Notes: generated from the letters alone by a model not told the origin. Numbered from the stretch's first letter, positions 1 through 11,460 are shown. The stretch is 64,000 bases of DNA from Sphyrna mokarran (GCA_024679065.1 JAGIQG010000007.1:82584001-82648000), one strand, 5' to 3'. Made by a program: numbers and translations.

Positions 1-3
1 AAC

Positions 4-149
4 AGAATTTGTTACAGGTAGCTTTCCAGTTGTTGCTTAAACCAAGAAAAGGTAACGGCTTCTAAGCTTATATCCCACACCATCTGTGCAGAAGATGTTA
101 TCTTTTCTTGGTTTAAGCAACAACTGGAAAGCTACCTGTAACAAATTCT
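4..149. repeat. Inverted repeat with 53-bp arms (4-56 and 97-149, one mismatch) and a 40-bp loop
   Basis: agaatttgttacaggtagctttccagttgttgcttaaaccaagaaaaggtaac pairs with gttatcttttcttggtttaagcaacaactggaaagctacctgtaacaaattct. Confidence 0.95.
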
Positions 150-550
150 ACTGTTCCTCCATGTGTGTCTGCACTTTCAATTTGAGGTCCGATTTGCTAA
201 CAGATTGTAAGGAAATTGTTTGATCTATATAATTTCAAAAAACACTAGCATATCCTGTAACAAAGCTGCTTCGCTAATGGTTCTCATCAGAATAACTACT
301 GAGCCACATTAGGAAAATTCTCATCCCCCACAATCTTTTTAGAATGGCTTACATTACCCTGTGGGCCCAATTCTGCAATTGCCCCATGGTCCTCCCAAGG
401 GATATTCTGGTTTCTGCCTCCCACTTGCAGCTGATACCTTGCACAGACAAGGGTGGCTTGATGCAACAAACCCGACATCACATTAGTCATCATTACCTAC
501 CCCAACACCATTCCAACCCCTTAGGGGGGGTTAAGTGAACAACCTGTGTG

Positions 551-594
551 ACATAAAATGCAAATCAGAATTATTTCTGATTTGCATTTTATGT
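551..594. repeat. Perfect 20-bp inverted repeat with a 4-nt loop, containing two octamer motifs
   Basis: acataaaATGCAAATcagaa-ttat-ttctgATTTGCATtttatgt. Confidence 0.9.
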
Positions 595-656
595 ATATAG
601 TATGTGTGTGTGTGTGTGTGTATATGTATGTATGTATGTGTGTATATATATATATA
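592..656. repeat. Compound (TG)n/(TATG)n/(TA)n microsatellite
   Basis: Directly visible. Confidence 0.95.
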
Positions 657-924
657 AAATAAACAACTGTATGTGAGAAAATATGTCTAGGATCCAGTTT
701 CAGAGGGAATCTTGGTTTCTTCTCCCTCCACAACACCTCCCCACCCCCAACCTGAGGTTCCAACCGAAGCCGCCATTGACGTAGTACAATTTTAACCAGA
801 AACTAAAGGCCGAGCAATCAGCCTTAGCCTTTGGGTGAGCATGGCTGGATGGCTGGCAGCGTGGACATTTATTTGATTATAAATAGATGTTTGAGGGCAA
901 ATCAACATCTAGCACATGGGAGGC

Positions 925-1946
925 TTTCAAGTGTAAGTTATTAGGGATTCAGGACTGGCACATTCCTGTAAGGGCGAAGGATAAGTATGGCAAGTTTTGG
1001 GAACCTTGAATAACAAGAAATATTGTGAGTCTAGTCAAAGAGATAAAAGAAGCATTTTTAAAAGCTGGAGGCTTGGAACACATGAAGCAAGTGTGGAATA
1101 CAAGGAAAGTAGAAAGGAAATTAAGCAAGGAATAAGGAAGGCTAAAAAGGGTCATGACAAAGCATTGACCAGCCGGATTAAGGAAATATCCAAGGCTTTT
1201 TATACATATGTAAAGAGGGTAGGCAAGGAGAGGGTTTGCCCACTCAAGGACAAGAGAGGGAGTCTATGCGTGGAGCCAGAGGAAATGGAAAAGATATTAA
1301 ATGAGTACTTTGTGTCAGTATTCACCAAAGAGAAGGATTTGGTGGATGATGAGCCTGGGAAAAGGTGTGCAGATAGTTTGAGTCATTTTGAGATCAAAAA
1401 GAGGAGGTATTGGGGTTCTTGAGAACCATTAAGATAGACAAGTCCTCAGGGTCTGTTGGGATATACTCCAGAATACTGAGTGAAGGAAGGGAGGAAATTG
1501 CTGGAACCTTAAGAGAAATCTTTTTTCCCTCACTGGCTACAGGGGAAGTCCCTGAGGATTGGAGAATAGCCAGTGATGTTTCTTTGTTTAAGAAGGGAAA
1601 CAAGAATAATCCAGGTAATTATTAGGCCGGTGAGTGTTACATCAGTTTTAGGAAGTTATTGGAGAGGATTCTTCGAGATGGGATTTATTTTCACTTGGAT
1701 ATAAGTGGACGGATTAGTGAGAGGAACATGGTTTTGTGAAAGGGAGGTCATGTCTCACAAGCTTGATCAAGTTTTTTGAGGAGGTGACAAAGATGATTGA
1801 TGAGGATAGGGCAGTGGATGTTGTCTATTTGGACTTCAGGAAGGCTTTTGACAAGGTTCCTCATGGCAGACTAGTGTAGAAGGTGAAATTGCATGAGTCA
1901 GAGGTGAATTGGCAAGATGGATATAAAACTGGCTCGGTCAAAGAAG
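925..1946 (+). mobile_element. CR1 LINE ORF2 fragment, left part of a disrupted host element
   Basis: Frameshifted ORFs with LNEYFVSVFTKE, GEVPEDWRIA, NPGNY and a DFRKAFDKVPH-coding stretch. Confidence 0.9.
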
Positions 1947-2953
1947 TAAGAAGTCTCACAACAGCAGATTAAAGTCCAACTGGTTTATTTGGTAGCAAAA
2001 GGCACTAGCCTTCGGAGGACTGCTCCTTCGTCAGGTAAGTAGGAGTTCTGTTCACAAAGAGGGCATATAAAGACACAAATTTACTTTACAAAATAATGGT
2101 TGGAATGTGAGTCTTTACAGGTAATCATGTCTGAAAGGTATAGACAATGTGAATGGAGAGAGCGTTAAGCACAGGGTAAAGAGATGTGTATTGTCTCCAG
2201 CCAATGAGATTTTGCAAGTCCAGGCAAGTCATGAGGTTACAGATAGTGACATGAACCCAAGATCCCAGTTGAGACCATTCTCATGTGTGCGAAACTTGGC
2301 TATCAGTCTCTGCTCTGTGTTGCCATGTGTTGTGAAGGCAGTCTTAGAGAATGCTTACTTGAAGATTAGAGGCTGAATGCCCATGACCGCTGAAATGTTC
2401 CCAACAGGAACAGAACAGTGTTGCCTGATGATTATTGAGTGATGTTCATTCATCCGTTGTTGTAGCATCTGCATGGTCTCCCCAATGCATCATGCCTCGG
2501 GACATCCTTTCCTGCAGCGTATCAGGTAAACAATGTTGGCCAAGTTGCAAGAATATGTACCTTGTACCTGGTGTATGGCATTCTCAGGTGAGATGATGGC
2601 ATCTGTGTCAATGATCCAGCATGTCTTGCAAAGGTTGCTGTAGCAGAGTTGTGTGCTGTCGTGGTCACTGTTCTCGTGAAGACTGGTGGTTTGTTGCGGA
2701 CAATAATCTGTTTGAGGTTGTGCAGTTGTTTGAAGGCAAAAAGTGGGGATGTGGGGATGGCTTTGGCGAAATGTTCATCTTCATCAATGACAAGTTGAAG
2801 ACTCTGGAAAAGGCGTCGTAGCTTCTCCACTCTAGGGAAGTACTGGACGACGAAGGGTACTTTGTCCGCTGTGTTCTGTACTTATCCTCTGAGGAGGTCA
2901 ATGCGATTTTTTGTTGTGGCGCGTTGGAACTGTCGAATGCCATATCCTGTTCT
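1947..2953 (-). mobile_element. Penelope-like retroelement, 3' part
   Basis: Minus-strand ORF PTSPLFAFKQLHNLKQIIVRNK, followed by a degenerate GIY-YIG-type region and a terminal sequence typical of these elements. Confidence 0.75.
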
Positions 2954-4340
2954 AACAGACCATAGGACACCACAACACAGTACAGGCCCTTTGGTCCTCA
3001 ATGTTGTGCCGAGCTTTGTCCAAAAACAAGATCAAGCTATCCCACTTCTTACCATTCTGGTGTGCTCCATGTATCTATCCAATAACCATTCGAAAGTTTC
3101 TAAAGTGTCCAACTCCAGTTTCACAGGACATTGGTGCCCCTCTGGTCCAGGTGCAAACCACCCTGATTGTATAGGTCCCACCTTCCCCAGAATGTGCTCC
3201 AATTATCCATGTAACTGAAACCGTCCTTCCTACACCATCCCTGCAGCCACGTGTTTATCTGCACTCTCTCCCTGTTCATCAGCTTGCTAGCACGTAGCAC
3301 CAGCAACAAACCAGAGATGGCTCTCAGCTTCCACCCTAGCTCCCTAAATTCCTGTTTTAAATCCCTGTCCCCTCTCTTACCTATGTCGTTGGTACCAATG
3401 TGTACTATGACTTCTGACTGTTCCCCCTCCCCCTTAAGGATCCTGAAAACACGGTCCAAACGTCATGGGTGCTGGCACCCAGGAGGCAATATACCATCCA
3501 TGAGTCTCTTTAGGTGCCACAGAACCTCCAATCTGTCCCTCTGACCAATGCATCCCCAATTACTATTGCTCTCCTGCTCTCCCCCCTACCCTTCTGAGCT
3601 ACAGGGATGGATTCAATGCTGGAGATCCAGTGGCTTATCACAGTAAGTGTCCTCCTCAACAGTATCCAATGTGGTATACTTGTTGTCAAGGGGAATGACC
3701 AAGGGGATTCCTGTGCTGACTGCTTCCTCCCAATCCCTCTCACCTTCACCCATCTATCTTCATTCTTCGGAGTAACTACATCACTGAAGCTTCTATCTAT
3801 CACCACCTCTGCTTCGCAAATGGCACAAAGTTGATTCAGCTCCAGTTCCAGTTCCCTAACGCGGTTTTTGAGGAGCTGGAGATGGGTGCATTTCCCACAG
3901 GTGAAATCAGCAGGGACACCGACGGTGTTCTGCTGGAGGAACATTGCACTGCCTTCGCTGTCATACCCTCTAGATAACTTGTGGATAAAACAAGGAAAAG
4001 AAAGAGCTTACCTGATATTTACTCACCCCCTTTAGGTTAGAGGAGGTGGAAGAGTGAGGGATACTACAAGTGTAGTGTCTCGGGTTTAGGAACCGCCCAG
4101 CTTATATACAGATAAAAATAAAACACTTAACCAGCAACCCCTATAAATGCAAACTACAAATCTTCCCAGAAATCTCCACGCCAACTCTTGGTTTTCTGCT
4201 GTTCTAAAAAAAAGTAAGTTAGTTTTACATTCAGCTCTGCCTTCCGACCACTCCTGTAGACCAGGCCGCGGATCCCCGAGGTAAGTTAGTTTTATACTCA
4301 CAGTTACGCTGAGCTCCGCCCTCCGATGGTTCCCTGCAGA
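2954..4340 (-). mobile_element. Internally deleted CR1: 5' UTR, ORF1 (Zn finger/coiled coil plus SGNH esterase) and 3' tail, with no ORF2
   Basis: FTCGKCTHLQLLKNRVRELELEL, IVIGDALVRG, VIVHIGTNDIG and GLHLDQRGT, joined near 3120 to a CR1-type 3' end. Confidence 0.8.
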
Positions 4341-4805
4341 ATAGGGCATCTTTCAGCATTGGGAAGTGTCTGTTGCGATCCTCCTCATCTGAACAGATCC
4401 TGTGTATATGGAGGGCTTCTCTGTAGGGGATGGCTTTTTTAACATGCTTAGGGTGAAAGCTGGAGAAGTGGAGCATCATGATGTTATCTGTGGGCTTGCG
4501 GTTCAGTGAAGTGCTGAAGTGACAATTCTCGATGGAGATGCCTGTGTCCAAGAGTGCAACCAATTCCAGAGAGTAGTCCATGGTGAGTCTGATGGTGGGA
4601 TGGAACTTGTTGATGTCACCATATAATTGTTTCAGTGATTGTTCACCATGAGTTCAAAGGAAGAAAATGTCATCAATGTATCTAGTGTATGGCACTGGTT
4701 GAAATTCCTGTGTGGTGAAGAGGTCTTGTTCAAACCTGTGAATGAAGATGTTGCATACTGAAGTGTAAATTTGGTCCCCATAGCTGTGCCGTGTGTCATC
4801 AACTT
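4341..4805 (-). mobile_element. Penelope-like retroelement, RT part; continues the 1947-2953 piece
   Basis: THGTAMGTKF, LDTGISI and RKPTD...HFSSFHPKHVKKAIPY...RICSDEED are Penelope RT/thumb motifs. Confidence 0.8.
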
Positions 4806-4824
4806 GACATGTATGCCCAAGCCC

Positions 4825-7808
4825 TTCTGCTATAGAACAGAAGTCAACCCACCCTAATCAGCGCCTGTGCCCTCACTATGAACAACCCAGACGAGATGAA
4901 AAACAAGCTGTATGAAGAACTAGATGCCCTACTATCAGCAGTGAGTAGTACCAACAAGCTGAGCTTGCTTGGCGATTTCAATGCAAGAGTAGGGTATGAC
5001 TCTGCAATCTGGCAGGGAGTCATTGGGAGGCATGGAGTGGGCAGATGTAACAATAAAGGCCTACTCTTACTGAAGATCGGTGCAACACACGAGCTCCTCA
5101 TCACCAACATAACCTTCCATCTACAGGATGCACCCCACTCTAAGCCTTGGCATCTTATCGACTATTCATTGTCAGGAGAAAAGACAGGCAGGATGTCAGA
5201 GTAACCAAGGCCATGTGTGGTGCTGACTGCTGGACAGATCACAGGCTCATTTTCTCCAAAATGAGGCTCTGCATCAGACCCAAGAGGCGACCACAAGGAA
5301 GCAAGGTTATGAAAAGAATCAATGCAGCCAAGCTAAAGAACCCGAGCATAGCTTCCACACTGGCCAAAGACTTAGAAATCAAGCTTGCTGACCTACACCT
5401 CACAGGCAGTGCTGAGAACGACTGGGAATGCTTCAGGGATGCTATCCATATATCCGCACTGAAGATGCTCGGGCCCTCCACGCGCAAGCAGAATGATTGG
5501 TTCGATAGAATGATAAGGAGATACAGGCTCTACTTGTTGAAAAGCACCATCTTCATCAGGCCTGTCAGAACAATCCATTTTCAGCTGCCAAGAAAAATGC
5601 TTTTACTAGTGCTCACAGGACCGACCAGAATAAACTGCATAAAATGCAGGATGCCTAGTTGAGTGCCAGTGCAGGAATATGCTGACAGAAACAACTTGAA
5701 ACAATTCTATGAAGCCCTCAATACTCTCTATGGACCTCAATCTTTTGGGCACTTCCTTCTCCTCCTGAGTGCAGATGGTACAACTCTCATTACAGAGAAG
5801 GCTCAGATCCTGCAGAGATGGGCTGAACACTTTGAAGTTGTCCTCAACCGATCATCATCTATTAACAATGAGGCAATAGACAGGATTCCCCAGGTCGACA
5901 TCAACAGCACCATGAATGACCTACTGGTAGTAGCCGAAGTCACAAAAGCTGTCAGCCAGCTATCCAGTGGCAAAGCCCCGGGGCAGATGCCATATCTGCA
6001 GAGATCTATAAAGCTGCCGGTCCTGTATTTATCAAGAAGCTCACGGGGTTGCTCCAGTCCTTTTGGAAGCAAGGATTCATTCCTCAGGAACTTAAAGATG
6101 CTTCCATCGTACACCTCTACAAAAGGAAGGGCAATCGACAAGTATGCGACAATCACCAAGGAATCTCGCTGCTCTCCATCACAGGAAAATCCCTCGCAAG
6201 AATTCTGCTAAATCTTCTGGTCACTCATCTGGAGCTGGGCCTGCTTCCAGAGTCACAGTGTGGCTTCTGCAAAGGTCGTAGGACTACTGACATGATTTTT
6301 GCTGCACGCCAACTTCAGGAGAAGTGTCTTGAGCAGAATCGCGAGCTCTACACAACCTTTGTTGACCTTGCGAAAGCCTTTGACACTGTCAGCCGACAAG
6401 GCCTGTGGAGGATCATGTCAAAGTTCAGCTGCCCTCCCAAATTCATTCAGATGGTATGCCAGTTCCATGATGGCCAGAGTAGTGGATAGCGGAGGATCCT
6501 CTGAGGCATTCTCAATCACCAAGGGTGTCAAACAGGGTCGTGTGCTTACACTCTCACTGTTCAGCATGATGTTTACTGCTATGCTGAATGATGCCTTCCA
6601 GGACAGTGTTGCTGGAATAAGCTTCAAGTACGGAGTGGATGGGAAATTCTTCAACTTGAGGAGATTTCAAGCTATTATCAAAGTGAAGGAGACTGTTCTG
6701 AGAGATTTTCTCTTTGCCAATGACTGCGCCCTGTAAAATTGCTCAGAGCCAAAGATGCAAGTCAGTGTGGACAAATTTTCCATGACTTGTGACAATTTTG
6801 GACTCACCATCAACATTAAAAAGACTGTAGTCATGCACCAGCCTGCTCCTCATGTACCATATACAGGACCCATAATCACAATCAAAGGGCAGAAACTACA
6901 GGCAGTCTATCAGTTCTCTTATCTTGGCAGCACCCTCTCCCAATCAGTGAATATTGATACAGAAGTTAGCCCTTTGATTGTGATTATGGGTCCTGTATAT
7001 GGTACATGAGGAGCAGGCTGGTGCACGACTACGGTCTTTTTAATGTTGATGGTGAGTCCAAAGTTGTCACAAGTCATGGAAAATTTGCTTTTGGTAGACT
7101 GCGCTCCATTGTATGGGAACGTCAGGGAATCAGCCCATCAACAAAACTGAAGGTTTACAGTGCCGTAGTACTCACTACCCTTCTGTATGCCTGTGAAATG
7201 TAGACTGTGTATCAAAGGCATGCAAGACAGCTCAAACATTTCCACGTGACTTGTCATCACAGAATATTATGTATCAGGTGACAAGACAAAGTACCAGACA
7301 CTGAAGTTCTCTCTAAAGCAAGTCTACCATCAGTCCACACACTGCTGATGAGAGCGCAGACCCAGTGGGCAGGTCATGTCACCCGTACGTCAGACGAGCG
7401 CATACCCAAGCAGCTCCTTCTTGGGGAACTCTCTGCTGAAAAACACTTGCATGGAAGGCAGAAGAAACATTATAAGGACACGCTCAAGGTCTCCCTGAAG
7501 TCACCTGACACAGACACAACTGCCTGGGAAACACTGGCACAAAACCGTCCTACCTGGCGCTGCCTCATCTGCAGATGTTGTCAAGCTTACGAAGCAAGAT
7601 GCATTGCTGAAGCACAACTTAAGTGCAAGCTGCACAAGTCCAGAGTTACCAGTGTAACAACTAGAATGCCTACACAAGCCTGTCTAATATGTGCCAGGAT
7701 ATTCCATGCCTGAATTGGCCTGATCAGTCACCTTTGGACACATCGCATCCAGCCTCAAAATGACTAATGGTGTCAAGGTCCTCATTGATGACGATGAACA
7801 AATAACAA
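4825..7808 (+). mobile_element. RTE-clade LINE copy 1, 5'-truncated and degenerate
   Basis: LLGDFNARVG, WHLIDY, CWTDHRL, LLPESQCGF, FVDLAKAFDTVSR, GVKQG, FLFAND, YLGSTLS, WAGHV, and a C-terminal C-x2-C motif. Confidence 0.92.
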
Positions 7809-7840
7809 CCCTAATCCAATGCCGGCACCTTCTCATTATG

Positions 7841-8890
7841 TCAGTCAAAGAAGACAGAGGGTAGCAGTGGAAGGGTGCATTTCTGAATGGAGGGCTATGA
7901 CAAGTGACGTTCCTCAGGGATCAGGGCTGGGACCTTTGCTGTTTGTAATGTATATAAATGATTTGGAGGAAAATGTAACTGGTTTGATTAGTTTGCAGAC
8001 AACACAAAGGTTGATGGATTTGAGGATAGCGATGAGGATGATAAGAGGATACAGCAGGATATAGATCAGTTGGAGACTTGGGAGGAGAGATGGCACATGG
8101 AGCTTAATCTGGACAAATGTGAGGTAATGCATTTTGGAAGGTTGAACACAGATAGGAAATATACAGTAAATGGCAGAATCCTTAAGAATATTGCTAGGCA
8201 AAGGGATCTGGGTGTATAGGTACACAGGTCACTGAAAGTGGCAATGCAGGTGGAGAAGATAGTCAAGACGGCATACAGCATGCTTGTTTTCATCAGCTGG
8301 GCTACTGAGTTTAAAAATTGGTAAATTATGTTGCAGTTTTATAGAACCTTAGTTAGGCCTCACTGGAATATAGTGTTCAATTCTGGTCACCACACTACCA
8401 GAAGGATGTGAAGGCTCTGGAGAGAGTACAGAAAGGATTTACCAGGATATTGCCTGGTATGGAGAGCAGTAACTATGAGGAGAGACTGGAGAAGCTTGGT
8501 TTGTTCTCACTGGAATATAGAGGTTGACTGGTGACTTAATAGAAGTCTACAAGATTATGAGAGGCATGGACAGAGTGGATAGTCAGAAGCTTTTTCCCAG
8601 GGTGGAAGAGTCAATTACTAGCGGGCACAGGTTTAATGTGCGAAGGGCAAGGTTTAGAGGAAATGTACAAGGCAGGCTTCTTACATAGAGAGTGGTGGGT
8701 GTTGGAATTCATTGCTGGGGAAAGCCGTGGAAGTGGATATGGCAGTGACTTTTAACGGCATCTTAACAAATATTGAATAGAACGGGAATAGAGGGATATG
8801 GTCCCTGGAAGCATGGGAGGTTTTAGTTAAGTTGGGAACATGGTTAGTGCAGGCTAGGAGGGTCGAAGGGCTTTGTTCCTGTGCTGTAAT
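7841..8890 (+). mobile_element. CR1 LINE right part (RT C-terminus and 3' UTR); resumes the 925-1946 element
   Basis: RRQRVAVEG...VPQGSGLGPLLFVMYINDL; junction duplication tc(g/a)gtcaaagaag. Confidence 0.9.
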
Positions 8891-9859
8891 TTTCTTTTTC
8901 TTTATTATAAACCATTTAGAGACAAGCATACTATCACTAACAATTTGAGAAAATAATGGAAATCCATGATCTATTTCACTTCTATTCCAGAATGGAAGGA
9001 AAGAAGAAAGAATTGTTGCTAAAGTGTGAGTATTGTTTATCAGAGAGTGCAATGGGAAATTCCGAAGAAGGAATTGAAGTGGGACATTGTTCTGCCTGGA
9101 AAATGCATTAGATTGGACCACTGAAGAATAGTTGTTACTGAAAATCCACTAAAGCAATCAGGGAAACTGATATTCCACTGGTTTTGTGATGAATACCCAT
9201 AGCATTTAGTATCTTTGGATGCTTTGTCTCATTTTTAAGAATTCTCAAACAGATTAAAAACTGTTGACAATCTCGCCGTAACAAGTGATGAAACAGTTTG
9301 AAAAAGCATGTGTCTCCAATTTAAATACAAAACCAAATGATTTGATTTGATTTATTGTCATGTTATTAGCATACAGTGAAAAGTATTGTTTCTTGTGCAC
9401 TATACAGACAAAGCATATCGTTCATACAGTACATAGGGGTGAAGGAAAGGAGAGAGTGTAGAATGTAGTGTTACAGTCCTGGCTAGGATGTGGAGATGAT
9501 CAACTTAAGTAAGTCCATTCAAAAGTCTGATTGAAGAAGCTGTTTTTGAGTCGGTTGGTATCTGACCTCTGATTTAGAAATTATAAATGTTCACAGAATA
9601 ATCCGCTGTGTAATAAAAGGGAACAGCTTCACTGGGTGAAATATTTGATAAACTGTTTCGGAAAGAGATGCAACATCTCCTGTGCGATATTCCCGTTGTC
9701 CACTCGAATCTCCGGATTTAAAGCCACAAATGCCATTGTTTCCGATTTAAATTTTGAAATAAAAGTTACTTTGGTGTTCCATTTACAATGTGAAATTCCA
9801 CCTAGAAAGATTTCAACTTTGCCCCGGGGACTCGGTGGGACTAGCGGGGAGCTGTGAGG

Positions 9860-9899
9860 GGTTTGTGTAATGGGCTTCTTACCGTTGTTTCTCAGTGTG
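9860..9899 (-). other. RSS of V1: heptamer CACACTG, 24-bp spacer, nonamer ACACAAACC
   Basis: Plus strand cagtgtg 9893-9899 and ggtttgtgt 9860-9868; spacer 9869-9892. Confidence 0.8.
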
Positions 9900-10588
9900 G
9901 AGATCCAGTAAGCACAGTAATAAATGGCCGCATCAGACATCTCAATGTTATCGATGACAAGAAAGAATGAAGAGTCAGTTTTCTCAGCTGAGAATTTGGA
10001 TGAGATTCCCGGATCCAACTGCGCGCTGTTTTTGCTATATTGGATGATTCTTCTGGGCGCCTGGGGAGCTTGGTGCTGGTACCAGTGGATGGTTTCTGTG
10101 CTTTGTGTCACGCATTGGATTTTGACTGTTGTAGTCTTAGACTTAGTAATTGATACTGGAAACTGCTTCAAGATCTCTGCAAAACATTCACCTGCAAATA
10201 AAACAAAAAAGCCACATTGTTGTGAGGATGGCAATAATCACAAAGACAGCAGAGAAACTGTTTCGCGTGGCGGAAGAGCTGAAAAGCAGAGGATTTAAAT
10301 TGGTGGGTGACATGAATAGGGCTGCAGTGCCCGTGAAAGAGAAATTGCTAGAGACAGCATCAAACAAGGCAATCGAACAAGTGCCAGAACGGAAAACTAT
10401 TGCAAGACTTTGGGGGAAAGAGGAGCTAGGCGTGAGGGTTGACTGAGCTGGTCTTGCAGAGAGCCAACATGCAGATGACGGGCCGAATAGTCTCATTGAA
10501 TGCTGTAACCGTTCGTTGATTCTGAGTGATAGCTGTCGCACTTACTGGGAGTAAGTATCAGTACAATAACCCAATAATGGAACGGCAT
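9900..10588 (-). CDS. TRGV: TCR gamma variable segment V1 (lowest coordinate, presumably most J-proximal): leader 10588-10546, intron 10545-10192, V exon 10191-9900
   Basis: Leader MPFHYWVIVLILTP, donor GTAAGT, acceptor TTTGCAG. Spliced frame reads ...S-ECFAEILKQFPVSITKSKTTTVKIQCVTQSTETIHWYQHQ...DAAIYYCAYWI with both Ig cysteines and the core Trp. IHWY and YYCAxW are typical of TRGV. An RSS follows directly. Confidence 0.88.
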
Positions 10589-10629
10589 GATGCAGCAATG
10601 AAGATTGGGGTGCTTTCTCTCCGTTAAAG

Positions 10630-10650
10630 CAGGTGGTTAGAGAGGAAGTG
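10630..10650 (-). promoter_or_regulatory. V1 proximal promoter: E-box CAGGTG plus ETS-type AGAGGAAGTG
   Basis: Motifs lie about 42-62 bp upstream of the leader ATG. The same 10-mer occurs at a similar distance from the V5 ATG. Confidence 0.5.
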
Positions 10651-11094
10651 TCTTCAGTCTCACACCCAGTTAATGAAACGGTTCCGTTTCCTGGCGCTAT
10701 TGTCATCTGTTTATCGCTTCAGCCTCTCTGTACAACTCTTGATGTTTTAATTGATGTACAGGACAGCAGCGGTTCAAACCTTTTGTAAACTATAGACGAA
10801 GCACATTTTATATAACATTGAAATGACTAACTGATTCGATTTCGGTGCATTTTTACTCTTATGAATGTTGTTTTGTAATTATTACTGACAACCACTGTTC
10901 GCTTTTAATCCTTTCGTTTTCTTTGTACGACTGCAGATGACACTGCATTATCTTCATAGCGGGATTTACCTGCTATTTCCCAATTTCGCTTTTTCTGGGC
11001 CTTTGCATTTATTTCTCACACTCCATGAGGAATAAATCTGGCGGCAATTGTTTTCAGTTTCTAGAAGTTTCATCAACGTCAGCTCAGAAATGTC

Positions 11095-11460
11095 CAAATA
11101 CTCGCTTCGGAGACTTGAGCACACTATCCAAGCTAACATTCTGGTGCAGGACTTGCAGGAGTTCCTTTTTGGGGAGATATTAAACAGTTTGTCCATCTGC
11201 TCTCCCAGGTGGATGGAAAAGATTCCATGCTACTATCTGAAGAAGGATGGGTGATTGGAGTGAGGAAGGGGGCGGTAACAGTTGCAATATTAATCACTCA
11301 GTTATCATCAGTAATATAGATTTTCTGATCATTTGTAGCATTGTTGTTTGTTGAGCTTGGTCCTGGCTAATTAGCTGCGACTTTTCAGCAGGGATTTTTA
11401 AAGGGTTTCATTGGCTGTAAAGCTCTTGGGATGCTCTGTCATGGTGAAGGGTTTTCTTTT
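11095..11460 (+). mobile_element. Degenerate Deu-domain SINE (SacSINE1/AmnSINE-like)
   Basis: ttaaac...ctgctctcccaggtggatggaaaagattccatgctactatctgaagaag...ttcattggctgtaaagc, matching the copies at 40.9, 45.7 and 56.4 kb. Confidence 0.55.

Noticed and set aside
400-424. Similarity to 57083-57106 (gatattct.gtttctgc.tc.ca)
   Set aside because: About 20 of 24 matches without extension, compatible with chance in 64 kb.
4064-4081. U2 snRNA-like caagtgtagtgtct
   Set aside because: Only about 14 nt, and explained by a local hairpin in the CR1 5' UTR.
1-9850. J or C gamma segments downstream of V1
   Set aside because: I found no 12-RSS plus FGxG plus donor combination and no C1 domain. The region is almost entirely retroelement.
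9913-9919. Cryptic heptamer TACTGTG in FR3 of V1 (also V4 and V5) as a V-replacement signal
   Set aside because: It follows from Tyr-Cys-Ala codons, and V1 has no nonamer-like sequence at 12 bp.
9629-10234. ORF-track N- and C-terminal extensions of the V proteins (e.g. the 201-aa and 180-aa ORFs)
   Set aside because: They are read-through into intron and RSS. The true limits are set by splice sites and heptamers.
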